Source of the DNA: Macrostomum lignano
Lineage: Eukaryota
NCBI GenBank assembly: GCA_002269645.1
Contig: NIVC01000647.1
Coordinates: forward strand, 310,001-374,000
DNA: 64,000 nt
Direction of reading: 5' to 3'
Of this stretch, positions 33,659 to 45,424 are shown in pieces. Positions within the stretch are counted from its first letter, which is position 1. Each line of letters opens with the position of its first letter. Under the pieces are notes generated by a model, which saw only the letters and a list, made by a program, of their open reading frames with translations, did no database searches and was not told the origin of the DNA. The position numbers and the translations under genes were made by a program.

Positions 33659-35107
33659 GTGTCTGTCTGTCTCTGTTTACATGTATCTGTCTGTCTGTCA
33701 TCTCAATATAGTTTTTGATTCAAGATAAAGAAGTCAAAATTTTATCATCAGCTCCACTTTCCCATTATTCAAGCGCTCTCTCACTTGAGCAGGGCAGGGC
33801 CAACTCATAGGTGACTGGCACCTGCAGATGAGCAGTCAGGCAAGGCGTCTGAAGGCTACCCACCCACTCTATAGGCTGGAAAACGATTCAGCTGAGCACT
33901 TCAACAGCGCTGAAGTGATGCACTCGCAGTCTGTATTAGAGTAGTCCATTTTTTCCAGCTGCCCCCTCATCTTGAGCTGAGCTATGTTAGCTATTCTCTA
34001 TGTCGAATAAATACACGAAAACAGTTGATTGACAGATGGGGCTGGGGGTGCTGTGCTCTGCTCAGTTAGGGTCAGCCATGCGCACTTTTTAGATTTCTGT
34101 TTGTAATTTCAAGTTTCAAGCTCCATTTCTATTAACTTTACGCTGTAGAGCGGATTAAAATGATTTCATTCTGTAGATTTAAAAGAATTTGAGTAGATTA
34201 CAAAAATGTGAGTGGATCAGTCAAAGGGTGAGTAGATCAATGAGTGACTAGAGCAGTGAGAGAGTGACTAGAGCAGTCAGAGAGTGACTAGAGCAGTCAG
34301 AGAGTGACTAGAGCAGTCAGAGAGTGACTAGAGCAGTCAGAGTGACTAGAGCAGTCAGAGAGTGACTAGAGCAGTGAGAGAGTGACTAGAGCAGTCAAAG
34401 AGTGACTAGAGCAGTTAGAGAGTGACTAGAGCAGTCAGAGAGTGACTAGAGCAGTCAGAGAGTGACTAGAGCAGTGAGAGAGTGACTAGAGCAGTCAGAG
34501 AGTGACTAGAGCAGTCAGAGGTTACTAGAGCAGTTAGAGAGTGACTAGAGCAGTTAGAGAGTGACTAGAGCAGTCAGAGAGTGACTAGAGCAGTCAGAGA
34601 GTGACTAGAGCAGTGAGAGAGTGACTAGAGCAGTGAGAGAGTGACTAGAGCAGTCAGAGAGTGACTAGAGCAGTCAGAGAGTGACTAGAGCAGTTAGAGA
34701 GTGACTAGAGCAGTGAGTGACTAGAGCAGTCAGAGAGTGACTAGAGCAGTCAGAGAGTGACTAGAGCAGTCAGAGAGTGACTAGAGCAGTGAGAGAGTGA
34801 CTAGAGCAGTGAGAGAGTGACTAGAGCAGTCAGAGAGTGACTAGATGCAGCTCAGATGTGGCTCCCAAACCTTTTTCACCGCAAACTGCTCGCCGTCCCG
34901 CTTTCTGACGGCCAGCAGCACTTGGCCGAAGGCGCCTTCTCCAAGAGTTTCGCCGAACTCAAAATCGGACTCGAGCTGCCTCGAGCTGTCAATCTTGACG
35001 TAGTGAACGCTAGCCGGTCTCTGCTGAGGAACTTCATCGGAGGCTGAGGAGGTCGCAGAGGAGCTGGACAACGATCTGCCGTGTGGTGCACCAGCTGAGG
35101 GCATCAT
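30258..35107 (-). CDS. STK33: CAMK-group Ser/Thr kinase, STK33-like, ~364 aa, 4 exons
   Basis: Exons (minus): 35107-34871, 33473-33246, 33068-32574, 30392-30258, all phase 0, 1095 nt. Motifs [40 protein letters not shown]-terminal [18 protein letters not shown] and C-terminal ILELMRSM resemble STK33. Kinase is certain; orthology is moderate. Confidence 0.75.
30435..32435. repeat. 2-kb 15-bp minisatellite (CTCCGCCCCTTAGAT) filling kinase intron 3
   Basis: Direct reading; followed by a 24-bp repeat CAGATCCCAGACTCAGCTCCATCT at ~32440-32568. Confidence 0.97.
33078..33228. repeat. 14-18-bp repeat (GGATCAGAGTACA), kinase intron 2
   Basis: Direct reading. Confidence 0.9.
33495..33700. repeat. (TGTC)n microsatellite, kinase intron 1
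   Basis: Direct reading. Confidence 0.95.
34240..34845. repeat. 20-bp minisatellite (AGAGTGACTAGAGCAGTCAG), kinase intron 1
   Basis: Direct reading, ~30 copies. Confidence 0.95.
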
Positions 35108-37019
35108 GTCAGCGCGGAGTCAGGGCTCAACGCATTTAAAAATGCATTAACTGGATAATTAATCTGCCGCATTCTTGTATAGTTAAAGAAGATTTGCTAC
35201 AGCCAATAAAAGTGTGCAGGAAGAGCGGCTTTTGAGCAGATAAGCCAATGAGCTGTCACGATAAGGCTCTAAGCTTTACGAGAACCATGAAGCTTTGTTG
35301 ACTTAGACTCGACACGGGGGCAGCGTGTGTGTGTGAGAGAGAGAAGTTTGCACACCTTTTGCGGACTTGGCACTGTCTGTCTGGGCTAGACTGGGGCACT
35401 CACTCGATGTACTTACCTCTGCCGAAAAGTCTGCTAGCATGCATGAAGGAATTTGGAAGTTTCTATATTTGAGTTTGCGGTTACGAGCTGATTAAAATCC
35501 TTTAGATCCTCACGCCTGCCCTTCCTAGCCGTGGTCTGTTAACAATTGACTTGCGCGCCCAACACCTCATCGGTGCGGAAAGGGAATGGGAGGTGGGTAG
35601 ATGGGGAAGAGAGTCTGGCTGACAGCAACACAACCGTGTATACTGCATAGTCAGAGGAGAAAGGTGACTGCAGGCCAGAGGGGCTGTTGTTTGGTAGGTC
35701 GAGACAAGAGTCTCAGGTTATAGGCGGGGAGACGAGGTAGAAAGACGGGAGAGAAAAGCATAGGGAATGAAACGGAGAGCTGAAGGGGATCAGTACGCCC
35801 GTGGGGGGGGGGTTATAGATTTGCCAACGCGTACTTTTGAGCCTAGGTATAGACTCAGAAACTTGTGGTGTATTTTATGTACAGATAATTCCATGCATCA
35901 TATTTCCCGACAATATTTATCGAGAAAAAGGCTTTTGAAAAGTATTATTACCACCAGCGAGATTTTCTCAATAGTTCTCTGCTTTAGCTGTACACCTTAA
36001 AACTGTGTTGGAAAACAATCAGACCCGTTTAAACTGTATCAGCTCTGAGCACACACGGCTTATCTTGCGTAGCCCGTGGCTTGCTCAAATATTTGATTTC
36101 AAGCCGACTGCAGACAGATTCTTAGAAGTGCTGGAGAGATGATCGAAAATTACCAGCCAAGTTTGCTAGCTAGCTAATTAATTAATTATTAGTAATTTTA
36201 TAACTAAAGCTGTGTTAAGTGCCTGTGAAAAGTAAGGCTTGCCTGTCCAGCAGCGGGTGGCAAATTAAATGACTAAATATCGAATTCACGTAACTGCTTA
36301 ATTTAAACAATATTGAGCACGCAGACTCACTTTTGCATGCGCACAGCTGACTGGCACTGCTGCATTCGAGCAGCTCAGACGAGGCCATGAGAGCTGGTTT
36401 TTCTGAGCTCTAGTTATTAACAGAGGATTAAGGAAGATTAGATTGAATTAACCCTCCAGTCGTCAGGCAGATTTTCCTGAAGCGCCTCAGAAAGCAATTG
36501 TGTGTGAGCAATGCAGAGCTCTTTTTGTAGACCAGATGGAGCTAAAGGTTGGACAGAGACTTCTCTCTCTCTCTCTTTAAAGCAGTCCATTGTGAGCCAC
36601 TGTGCTGAAAAGTAGCCAAGCGCTCAGCTCAGCGGGGAGTCCCCTAGCGCCCAGCATCATCCCATGAAAAACTTCATCATCATCATCAGCAGCATCATTA
36701 TCGCGCCATAAAGACTGCAAAAAAGGCTCAAAGCCATACAGCTGCTCCCTCATCATTCCCTCCTCATAAAGCGGAGCGGCATTGCTATTTATCCAATGCG
36801 TTGCGCAGAGCACTGTGGGAGCAATGAGCACAATAGGTAACTGCCACGGCTGTCCGTATAACAGTCTTGTTATACCTGTCATAACTGCAATCAAAATTCA
36901 TGGCCCCTGGACGGCAAACCGCAACAAGTCCCATTTCTTAAGTCGCTTGACTTCATAATCAATAATCTTCATGTCTCCCAAATCTCAAATTTTCATTAAG
37001 ATATAAAGATAGGGGGCAA

Positions 37020-37400
37020 CGAAGATTGGAGGATATGAAGATTGGAGGATATGAAGATGGGGACATATGAAGATTGGGGATACATGAAGATTGGGGATAT
37101 ATATATATATATGAATGAAGATTGGGATATGAAGATTGGGGATATACATGTATGAAATGAAGATTGGGATATGAAGATTGGGGATATGAAGATTGGGGAT
37201 GTATGAAGATTGGGGATATGAAGATTGGGATATGAAGATTGGGGATATGAAGATTGGGGATGTATGAAGATTGGGGATACATGAAGATTGGGGATATACA
37301 TGTATGAATATTGGGATATGAAGATTAGGATATGAAGATTGGGGATAAGAAGATTGAGGACATAAAGATTAGGGATATGAGGATCAGGAAATATGAAGAT
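37020..37400. repeat. ~15-bp repeat (ATGAAGATTGGGGAT), intergenic
   Basis: Direct reading. Confidence 0.9.
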
Positions 37401-37725
37401 TAAGAGTTATGAAATCCGAGTGCAATTAGATAGTGTAAAACGACCCCTTCCGCAAAAACACTTCTCTCATTCAGTTAATTTGGCAATAGTTAAGTTATGC
37501 AGGGCCGGTGTCCCACTATTAATTGCGAGGCGCAAGGGGTGACGAGAGTACAAGAGATCTTGTCTGAGCAGCTATATTATATTAAAAAGTAATGCCCAAC
37601 TAATTAGCAATTAATTGGATTTCAGTCTGCCTATCCAACTAGAATAAAACTTTGCATTCGCATCGCAATTCAAAGCGATAGTTAGCAAAACTGCCTTGAA
37701 GGTCGAACCATAGCAGTGTTAAAAA

Positions 37726-39416
37726 TAGAAGTCGTAAATAGAATCACTTCGTTAATTTAGCCTGTTAGTCTTTCGAAATACAGTATAAGAATAATGTAGC
37801 CATATATACAGATTTTTTGCTGCAATTGTGTAAAGCTGAAGCCGCGTACATGTAGCTTTGTAGTAGCGCGAATCTGTCTATGTGGTTATTATACCTTTTG
37901 TATGAAATATGATTGTTGTCGGATTTCTATTAATTTTTTGTCTATGGCACTTTCACTTTGAAAGGGCAGTAAAAATAACCAATCGTCTATGGTAATTGGA
38001 AAGAACAGTACGCTCGTAAAGGCGACTAGCTTATACTGTCATAAATTACACTCAGCAACATTGAAGAGTTTCCACCCTCGCGCCAGCCGTGTATATTTAG
38101 AGTTTCAAAACTGGTTTTTGTTGCCAGGCTTGTGCCATATACGATTGATGATTTCGTCAACACGCACTTGTGTCATTGATGCTTCATGTGGTGGCGTGGG
38201 GAACAGCGTCTTCCGAGACGACAACGCCCCACCGCATCGCGCAGCCACTGTGGCGCATCTGAAGGAGCTGCTGCACCTGCGAACCTTGCGCTGGCCGTCC
38301 CGATCACCGGACATTAATCCCATACAGCACGTTTGGGGTTACCTGAAGCGCTCGATTCGGCGCGACAATCCGCCGCAAAACGTTGCCCAACTGCACGAAT
38401 CACTGTCTACTGCATGGCAACAACTACGGCAAGACTTTCTGCGATGCCTGGTTCTGGGGATGCCCCGGAGAGTGAGCGCTCTGCTGCACGCACGTGGCTG
38501 CTGTACGCGTTACTGACCCTGTTCTGAGCAAGTTGTCACCCATGCTTTGTTTCTTTGTTGTTCCTTTGCTTCGTTCGAATCCGGATTATATATTTGTCTA
38601 TGGCTCAAACCATGAATATCTCCACCCACCAAAATGTTGACCCTTCGCGCGCTAGGGTGGAAACTTTTCAATGTTGCTGAGTGTAATTCTCTGGTGGATT
38701 TTAAGCTTTCATTCGAAATACCAATAGAAAAAGGAGCTATGATTCGCGACAAAAATAATCCTGGTGGAGAAATATGTGGACTCTCCACGGACGAGTTGGC
38801 TTTTGTCAGCCGAGAGTCGAGCAATCGCTTTGTTCTGGAGATTAACGATTTGGATGCTTCGTCCAGTACCGAAGTGCTGCCTGAGCTGACTAGCGAAGAC
38901 CTGCAAATGCTGGACCGGAATTGAGAATGAATCTGTACCGAAATCGACAGAGACTCAACGAAAACTTCACGTGGCAAGGTTCCGCCAGTTTCTGAATGAG
39001 AAGGGGCTCTGCCAGAAGTTTGAGCGTGTACTGGCTTTTCTCTTCGTCTCTTCGAAAACAGGGTGGAACACGCTACGCGCCAAAGTCTCTCATCTGTTTT
39101 CGTGCGGCCATTCAACGGCACGTGGAATCCCCGTCCGTCAATTGCCAGGTGAACATCATTACCGAAGAATCATTCAAGCATTGCAACGGAGTTCTTGTCT
39201 CCACGTCGTTGTCATGCTTCGATTCTCGATTTTTATAGCCAAATTCATTCGTAATTTTCCGGCAACAATCGAAAACAGCCGGCAAACAATTGAATTATTG
39301 TCGAAAGGCTTACTGCCGAAAACCATAGACAGACGGGTACAATAGTAAATACATGTAGAAGTTGTAAATAGAATCATTTTGTTAATTTAGCCTGCTAGTC
39401 CGAAACAAGAATAATG
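37726..39416 (+). mobile_element. Crypton-like (DUF3504-type tyrosine recombinase) deletion derivative, bracketed by imperfect direct repeats
   Basis: Frameshifted translation ENESVPKSTETQRKLHVARFRQFLNEKGL...FSSSLRKQGGTRYAPKSLICFRAAIQRHVE...VNIITEESFKHCNGVL (~38930-39205) matches the N-terminal part of animal Crypton/DUF3504 recombinases. The catalytic part is absent. Direct repeats at 37726-37796 and 39356-39416. Confidence 0.65.
38049..38683 (+). mobile_element. Tc1-family non-autonomous element, 635 bp, nested in the Crypton-like relic
   Basis: 35-bp TIRs CACTCAGCAACATTGAA(G/A)AGTTTCCACCCT(C/A)GCGC with 2 mismatches. TA on both sides (38047-48, 38684-85). It retains the transposase C-terminus FRDDNAPPH..WPSRSPDINPIQHVW..MPRR..TRY* (DD34E spacing, with E replaced by Q). 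Confidence 0.92.
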
Positions 39417-40212
39417 ATATACTATGCCCTCGGCCTTCGGGAACCATAGTCATAGACAAATCTTTCTATTGCGTCGTAGAGAATCTTATATTGGAAAAAG
39501 GTGGTTACCACGTGCAAGAAGTTCGGGTTGGACCATGGATCTTATATAGACTAGATAGGCCACTCTCCATTCAGCTAATGCATAGAAAATGACACCCAAA
39601 ATTGACTCGGGGGGACGAAAAAAATGTTCGCTTGCACTGCTGAAAACTAATCGTCAGTAGTCTATGGACATGGACGAAGAAATATATTGAATCGCAAATA
39701 AATGATGCAGCTAAAATTTTTAGCAGAGTATACGCTAGCTGCTTTCCCTTGCTTTGTTGTTTCTGCCGTTTGTGTACCCGGTCTTAAAGAGAAGTCTTAC
39801 GCTGACACAGCAAAATAAAAAGGCAATCTAATGCTCGTTTCAGCTACTGACAAATATGCGCACCAACTACTGAAAACTAGCTGAAATCACTACTTCTTAG
39901 AAAGCTTCCCATAGACTCAATGGTTTGGCTGGGTGCCACTAAATGGCCTATCTAATGTACGAGCTATATAGGATCTATGCGCTGGACACTTGTCGGTCGT
40001 GAAAAGCTATGCGCAAGTGCGAGACGCTCATTGGCCCAACTTAATGAAGAGGCTTCTAGTTTGCCTTTAAAGCGAATGTTCAGTCCTTGGCTAGAAAACC
40101 AGAAAAAAAGCCAGCCTGATCTCAAACTGAATTATCCACAGAGTCAAAGTGAGTAACACATTGGCTGTATATTTGCTTCATTAGGAATCGAAATGCTATG
40201 CCTCAACTAAGG

Positions 40213-43200
40213 TCAGGCATCAGCAGCAGAGACAGCAGGCCAATCTCCAATCTGGTCTCGCACAGTCTTCAACTCCAAACAGTCGCTGAAGGCAGGCAGC
40301 GACACCAGACAGCGCATCTGGCTGACGAAATGCTCCGGCAGGCTGTCCGCAGACCGCGAGCCGAGCAAGCAACTCCACAGCAGATTGATCAATCGCCGGC
40401 AGAGGACCAACTGACGCGAGTCAGCAGTGCCACAGGCGACAGAAGACAGCCAGACGGTTAGCTGGTGCCGGTTCACTAAACTGACAGCAGCAGGTCGAAG
40501 GCTGGCCAGTCGGCACAGCAGCTGCAGTGTCAGACACTTGGCGGTGCCATCCAACGCCGGATAGACAGCCAACAGTGTTTTGACAGCGAAGCTTCTCTCC
40601 AGCAGCCTGTAGTCTTCCAGGTCGCGCACGCCCTGAGCGAACAGGTTCAGCAGCCACTGACGCTCGACCCGATGATCAACGTGATCGGACATTAGGAAGC
40701 GCCACAGCTCCGGAGCGGCGTTCAGCTGCACCGAGGAGCGGGCGGTGAGGAATTTCCACAGCAGGCTGTACATCCTCTGCTGCGGTCGGAGCATTGTCTC
40801 CGCGCAGCGGGCCAGGAACAGACCAATGAGGTAAGGCAAGCGTCGGGTGGCCGATGTCAAAGTGTATCGGACCACGTCAATCAGGTAGCGAGTCTGATCC
40901 CGTTCAGGGAATCGTTGAGCTTGTTGGCCGGAGCAGGCGGAGTGCAGGTTGGCCAGCACGGTTAGCGCTAGCAGTCGGACTCGTTCTGAATGGCTTGACA
41001 GAGCCGCAATGGCCAGGGCCAGGCAGTGGTGTCGCACAGCCGCACTGGCTTCAAGACCCGATGGCAACAGGCGGCACAGTAGAGGCAGCAGCCAGCAGGG
41101 GTCGTACAGGCCCGGCTTGGATGGCTCGGCGAACGGCTTCGGGTGGCTCAGCCAGGGCCGGTCCAGCGGAAAGTGCAGAGCCGTGTACAGAATGCGCCTG
41201 GGAGCGGCGGTGAGTGTGCGGGTTATGAGCATAAGCAGTGCGATTCTATTGGACTCAGGATCTCAGGCTGAAGCACACACTGAGATTCTAATGGACTCAG
41301 GGAGTCTCAGACTGAGAGACACGGTGAGATTCTAATGGACTCAGGGAGTCTCAGACTGAGAGACACAGTGAGATTCTAATGGACTCAGGGAGTCTCAGAC
41401 TGAGAGACACGGTGAGATTCTAATGGACTCAGGGAGTCTCAGACTGAGAGACACGGTGAGATTCTAATGGACTCAGGGAGTCTCAGACTGAGAGACACGG
41501 TGAGATTCTAATGGACTCAGGGAGTCTCAGACTGAGAGACACGGTGAGATTCTAATGGACTCAGGGAGTCTCAGACTGAGACACAGGGAGACTCTAATGG
41601 ACTCAGGGAGTCTCAGTGTGAGACACAGTGAAATTCTAATGGATTCAGGGAGTCTCAGACTGAGACACAGGGAGACTCTAATGGACTCAGGGAGTCTCAG
41701 ACAGAGACACAGTGAGACTCTAATGGACTCAGGGAGTCTCAGGCTGAGAGACAGTGCGATTCTAATGGACTCAGAGAATCTCAGACTGAGACACAGGGAG
41801 ATTCTAATGAATTGAATCTGCGAAGAATTTATAGACTAAAAATGACAAATAAGTTTAATACTACTAACAGTCCAATCGATCAGTAGTCAGATTAGTACAT
41901 AAAAGAGCAGCAAAAACACACACCTGGGCTCCAGCTGTGCCAAAATGCCAGCCGGTGGCGGACAGGCGAACAGCCGACTACTCAAATCCGGTTGAAATCT
42001 TCGACATTCGGCCAGGCGACCGGCCCAGCAGCACTGGCTGAGGTCGGCTGGCAGGGAGCGCCGCAGGCGGTGCACAACGGACACAATGAGCTGATCTCGG
42101 CGAGACAGGCTAGCGACATAGTGTAGCATCAACGGACCAGCCAGTCGGATGGCCAGTTCAGCTGGCGGAGGCGTCGGCGATGACATTCGAAGGGTGAGAC
42201 GGCACAGCATGGTCAGAACAGCGTCGAGAAGGCGAGGACAGGCATTAGCGACATCAGACTCGGTGGTGGAATCTTCTGTTGACAATAAAATTTGACGAAT
42301 AACTGGATTGTCCAGCGCCAGTTTCAGGACAGCGGCAGCTGCATTGCCGTCGGAATCTTCATCAGCTCCGATGCAGATAGCGTCGATAATGGGACAAGCC
42401 ACAGCTGCTGGTTCCGTCTGCAGCGACTTCCGACAAAATCGAAGCCACGAATCCACCGACAAGGCAGACTGTCCGTCTCTGCCAGCTATCCGAGCCGCTG
42501 CCGCCTGCCGACGCTCGGAAATGTCGGCGAGGTCACACGAGCAAGCCGGCAACTCTTCGGCAAGTCTCTCCTCTTCGTCGGCCTCGTCCGCAGCGGCGGG
42601 ACCTCCGTGATCGACTCTGACGGACGTCAGCGATGCTTTGGAAGCTTCACCGCCAGCTGCTCCATCGCTGGACGCGCCAACGACCGCCTTAGCAACCAGA
42701 GCTTCAGCTTCGTCACTATGACCGGAGCCCGCATCGGCTAGCTCCGTTGCCTTGGTAACCAGACCGAGCGGATCGCCTGACAAGCTCACGACCTCTGCAA
42801 CAATTGTCGATTTATCTTCGTCGCCAGCGCCGTCGCCCCCGCCGGCTACCCGACGCCAGACGCGCATGGCGAAGGCCAGCCGACGCGCCAGAATTCGTCG
42901 GATTCGTCGACACCGAGAGCGGACGGTGGCGGTGGCGTCTTTGGTGACGTCACCATCGGCGCCGTCCGCCAGCGCCAGACCGGCGGCCAGGTGCTCCAAC
43001 ACGCCGCCAGCCGGCACCAGCAGACCCTTCAACAAAGTTGCGGCGGCGTCCTTATCAACAGACGACAATAGCTGAGCGGCGTCCTTGACAACAACGGCCA
43101 GAGCTATTCTTGCCGCTTCGCCGTCGCCGTCCTCCTCTGCGTCGCCAGCGTCGCCATCGTCGACTCCCCAGACGGCGGCGAGGCAGTCAGCGGCGGCCAG

Positions 43201-44551
43201 CCAGCCGGGCGTCGGTCGAGGCGGCAGCAGCGGCGCCAGCACCTCAGTTGTCAGGCGGGCCGTCAGCTCCGGGCAGCGCCGAGCAATTCCGGCGGCCAGC
43301 CGTCGGCACCGACCATTCGACACGATCCTCCTCGCCAGACAGCCGAGCAGCAGGTGGCACAGCAGGGGATTTTCGCCTCGCCGGAACAGAATGCCGTCGC
43401 GTCGGGACGTGCCCAGCCGGCGCAGCAGTCGGTGCGCCGACTCGCGTACGGCGAGCGCGGACTCGCCAAGGCCTTCGCTATCGTCTTCCTCGTCGACCGG
43501 CATCGCAAGATCCTCCTCGCCAGCAGTTCGATGCCTCACTGATGACACAGTGGGAGTCGTGTAAGTCAACAGCTTGGCCAGGCTGCTGAGCTGTCGGCGG
43601 CCAAACAGTCGGGCTTTCTGAGTCTTGCTGACCCCGAAGCCTGGAGACATCAGCCTGTCCGACAGGGCCGGCAGCAGCAGCAGCAGAGTTGACGGCTTGT
43701 CTGCCTCAAGTCGGTCCAGCAGGAGGCTGGCAAAGTCAGCGGCTCGGTCGAGAAAAGCGCGGACAATGGGACCGCCGGAGCCGCCTGCGGGTGGGTATTG
43801 GGGATTGTAGGATGGGTATTGGGGATGGGTATTCAGGATTGTTGGATGGGTATTCGGGATTGTTGGATGGGTATTCAGGATTGTTATATGGGCATTGGGG
43901 ATCGCAGGATGGGACCTTATACCTAAAGGTGGGGTTCCTTGAATGGGAAAAGCCAAGATGATGCGTGCAACATTCCAGACTCCCAGTGCTCCGCTTTCCC
44001 AGAGTCCAGCTCTCACCGCCAGCCAATAGGAACGCCACGCCCAGCTGAACGCAGCAGTGCCGGATGTCCTCGGAGTCGGCGGGATTCCGCCTCCTAGCCA
44101 GGGTCTGCCAACGCTTGGCACCGAAATCGATGGAGTGCAGCAAAGTCCTGGCCGAGCTGGCATCGCACGAAGCCATGGCTGCCAGACAGCGCAGGGCCGA
44201 CTTGACCACCCCGGCACTGTTGGCGGGATCCAACGCTCTGTAGACGCTGCCAAGATGATCATTAACCAGCGATTCAACCAGCGCCTGGCATCGCTGATTC
44301 GCTGTGGCACTTCTGCTGGCCAGAGCGGCCAGACAGTGGGTGGCAACAGCGAACACCAGGCGCAGCTCCTGAGGCCTTCGATGCCCATCCTCGCTGGCCA
44401 GATGCTGCAGCAGCTGGGCCGGTTCAGCGTCGGTTAAATCAACAAGATCTTCGATTTCGTTGCCATCCGAAGTGTCACGGGATTCGAGCTCCGCAACCAG
44501 GCTCGATAGGCGATCGAAATCGCCTACTAATTCGGTCCAAGAGTACTTCAT
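40213..44551 (-). CDS. URB1: Nucleolar pre-ribosomal-associated protein 1 (URB1/NPA1) homologue, ~1126 aa, 3 exons
   Basis: Exons (minus): 44551-44017, 43784-41924, 41197-40213, phases 1 and 2 consistent, 3381 nt. Npa1-like N-terminus (KSALRCLAAMAS..ARTLLHSIDF..DIRHCCVQ; LEADKPSTLLLLL..SKTQKARLF). NopRA1-like C-terminus (VQLNAAPELWRFLMS..ERQWLLNLFAQGVRDLEDYRLLERS). The start codon is uncertain. Confidence 0.8.
41255..41812. repeat. 42-44-bp minisatellite in URB1 intron 2
   Basis: ATTCTAATGGACTCAGGGAGTCTCAGACTGAGAGACACGGTGAG, ~13 copies. Confidence 0.95.
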
Positions 44552-44591
44552 GCAGTGTGTTGACAATATAGACTCATTGCAGCTGTGTGTC

Positions 44592-44795
<204 letters not shown>

Positions 44796-45424
44796 TTGCA
44801 CCTAACAAATACTCTGTCTTCGTACCCAAACTAACATAGTATATAATATTTAGGGCTAGATAAGCTAAATAGATCTATATATATCGCAGTGTCGTGTGCG
44901 GTGGCCATAAACTTACAATTATCAAGATAAACTGTTAATTGGAAAAAGAAGAGCGAAGCAAGGCTGACAAAGTCAACTGTATTGTTTATTTGACTGCCAA
45001 GAGTTATTTTTACATATTACTCCTAGATGCATTCTAAAAGCTTATATAATTTAGCATTTAAGTAACACTTTTCCGCTAAATATTATACAGGACTGAAAAC
45101 ACAAAACAAAGATTTATAAGTTCACCAATCAGTTATGAGTATTTTTTCAGTGCTGAGTAACAGTAAATATTTGATGAGCTTGGCACAGCTGGTTTATATA
45201 GGCAAATAAGTAGAAAAATGATATTGATTTTACGAGGAAATGCAAATACAAACTCGTAACATGCATTCTGTCCTTAAAATTCGAACTGCTAATTTTTATG
45301 GAAACTTAACAACCATAGCTCAGCCAGGAGGACCCGGCATTGCATTTTTACACCAAACCCACCCAGTTGTACCCCTCTTCATTCTTTCTACGCCGGCTCT
45401 CCGTGTTCCAAATGCCCGTTAAAG

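Noticed and set aside
38573-38582. GTTCGAATCC tRNA T-loop/B-box motif (GGTTCGAA also occurs in the 42-bp repeat at ~7460-7550)
   Set aside because: No A-box, acceptor stem or cloverleaf; it lies inside the Tc1 3' region.
41887-44388. Single 833-aa ORF as the URB1 N-terminus
   Set aside because: Its first ~200 aa are an off-frame reading of exon 1 plus intron 1; the Npa1-like sequence is in the 43736-44626 frame, joined by the 44016-43785 intron.
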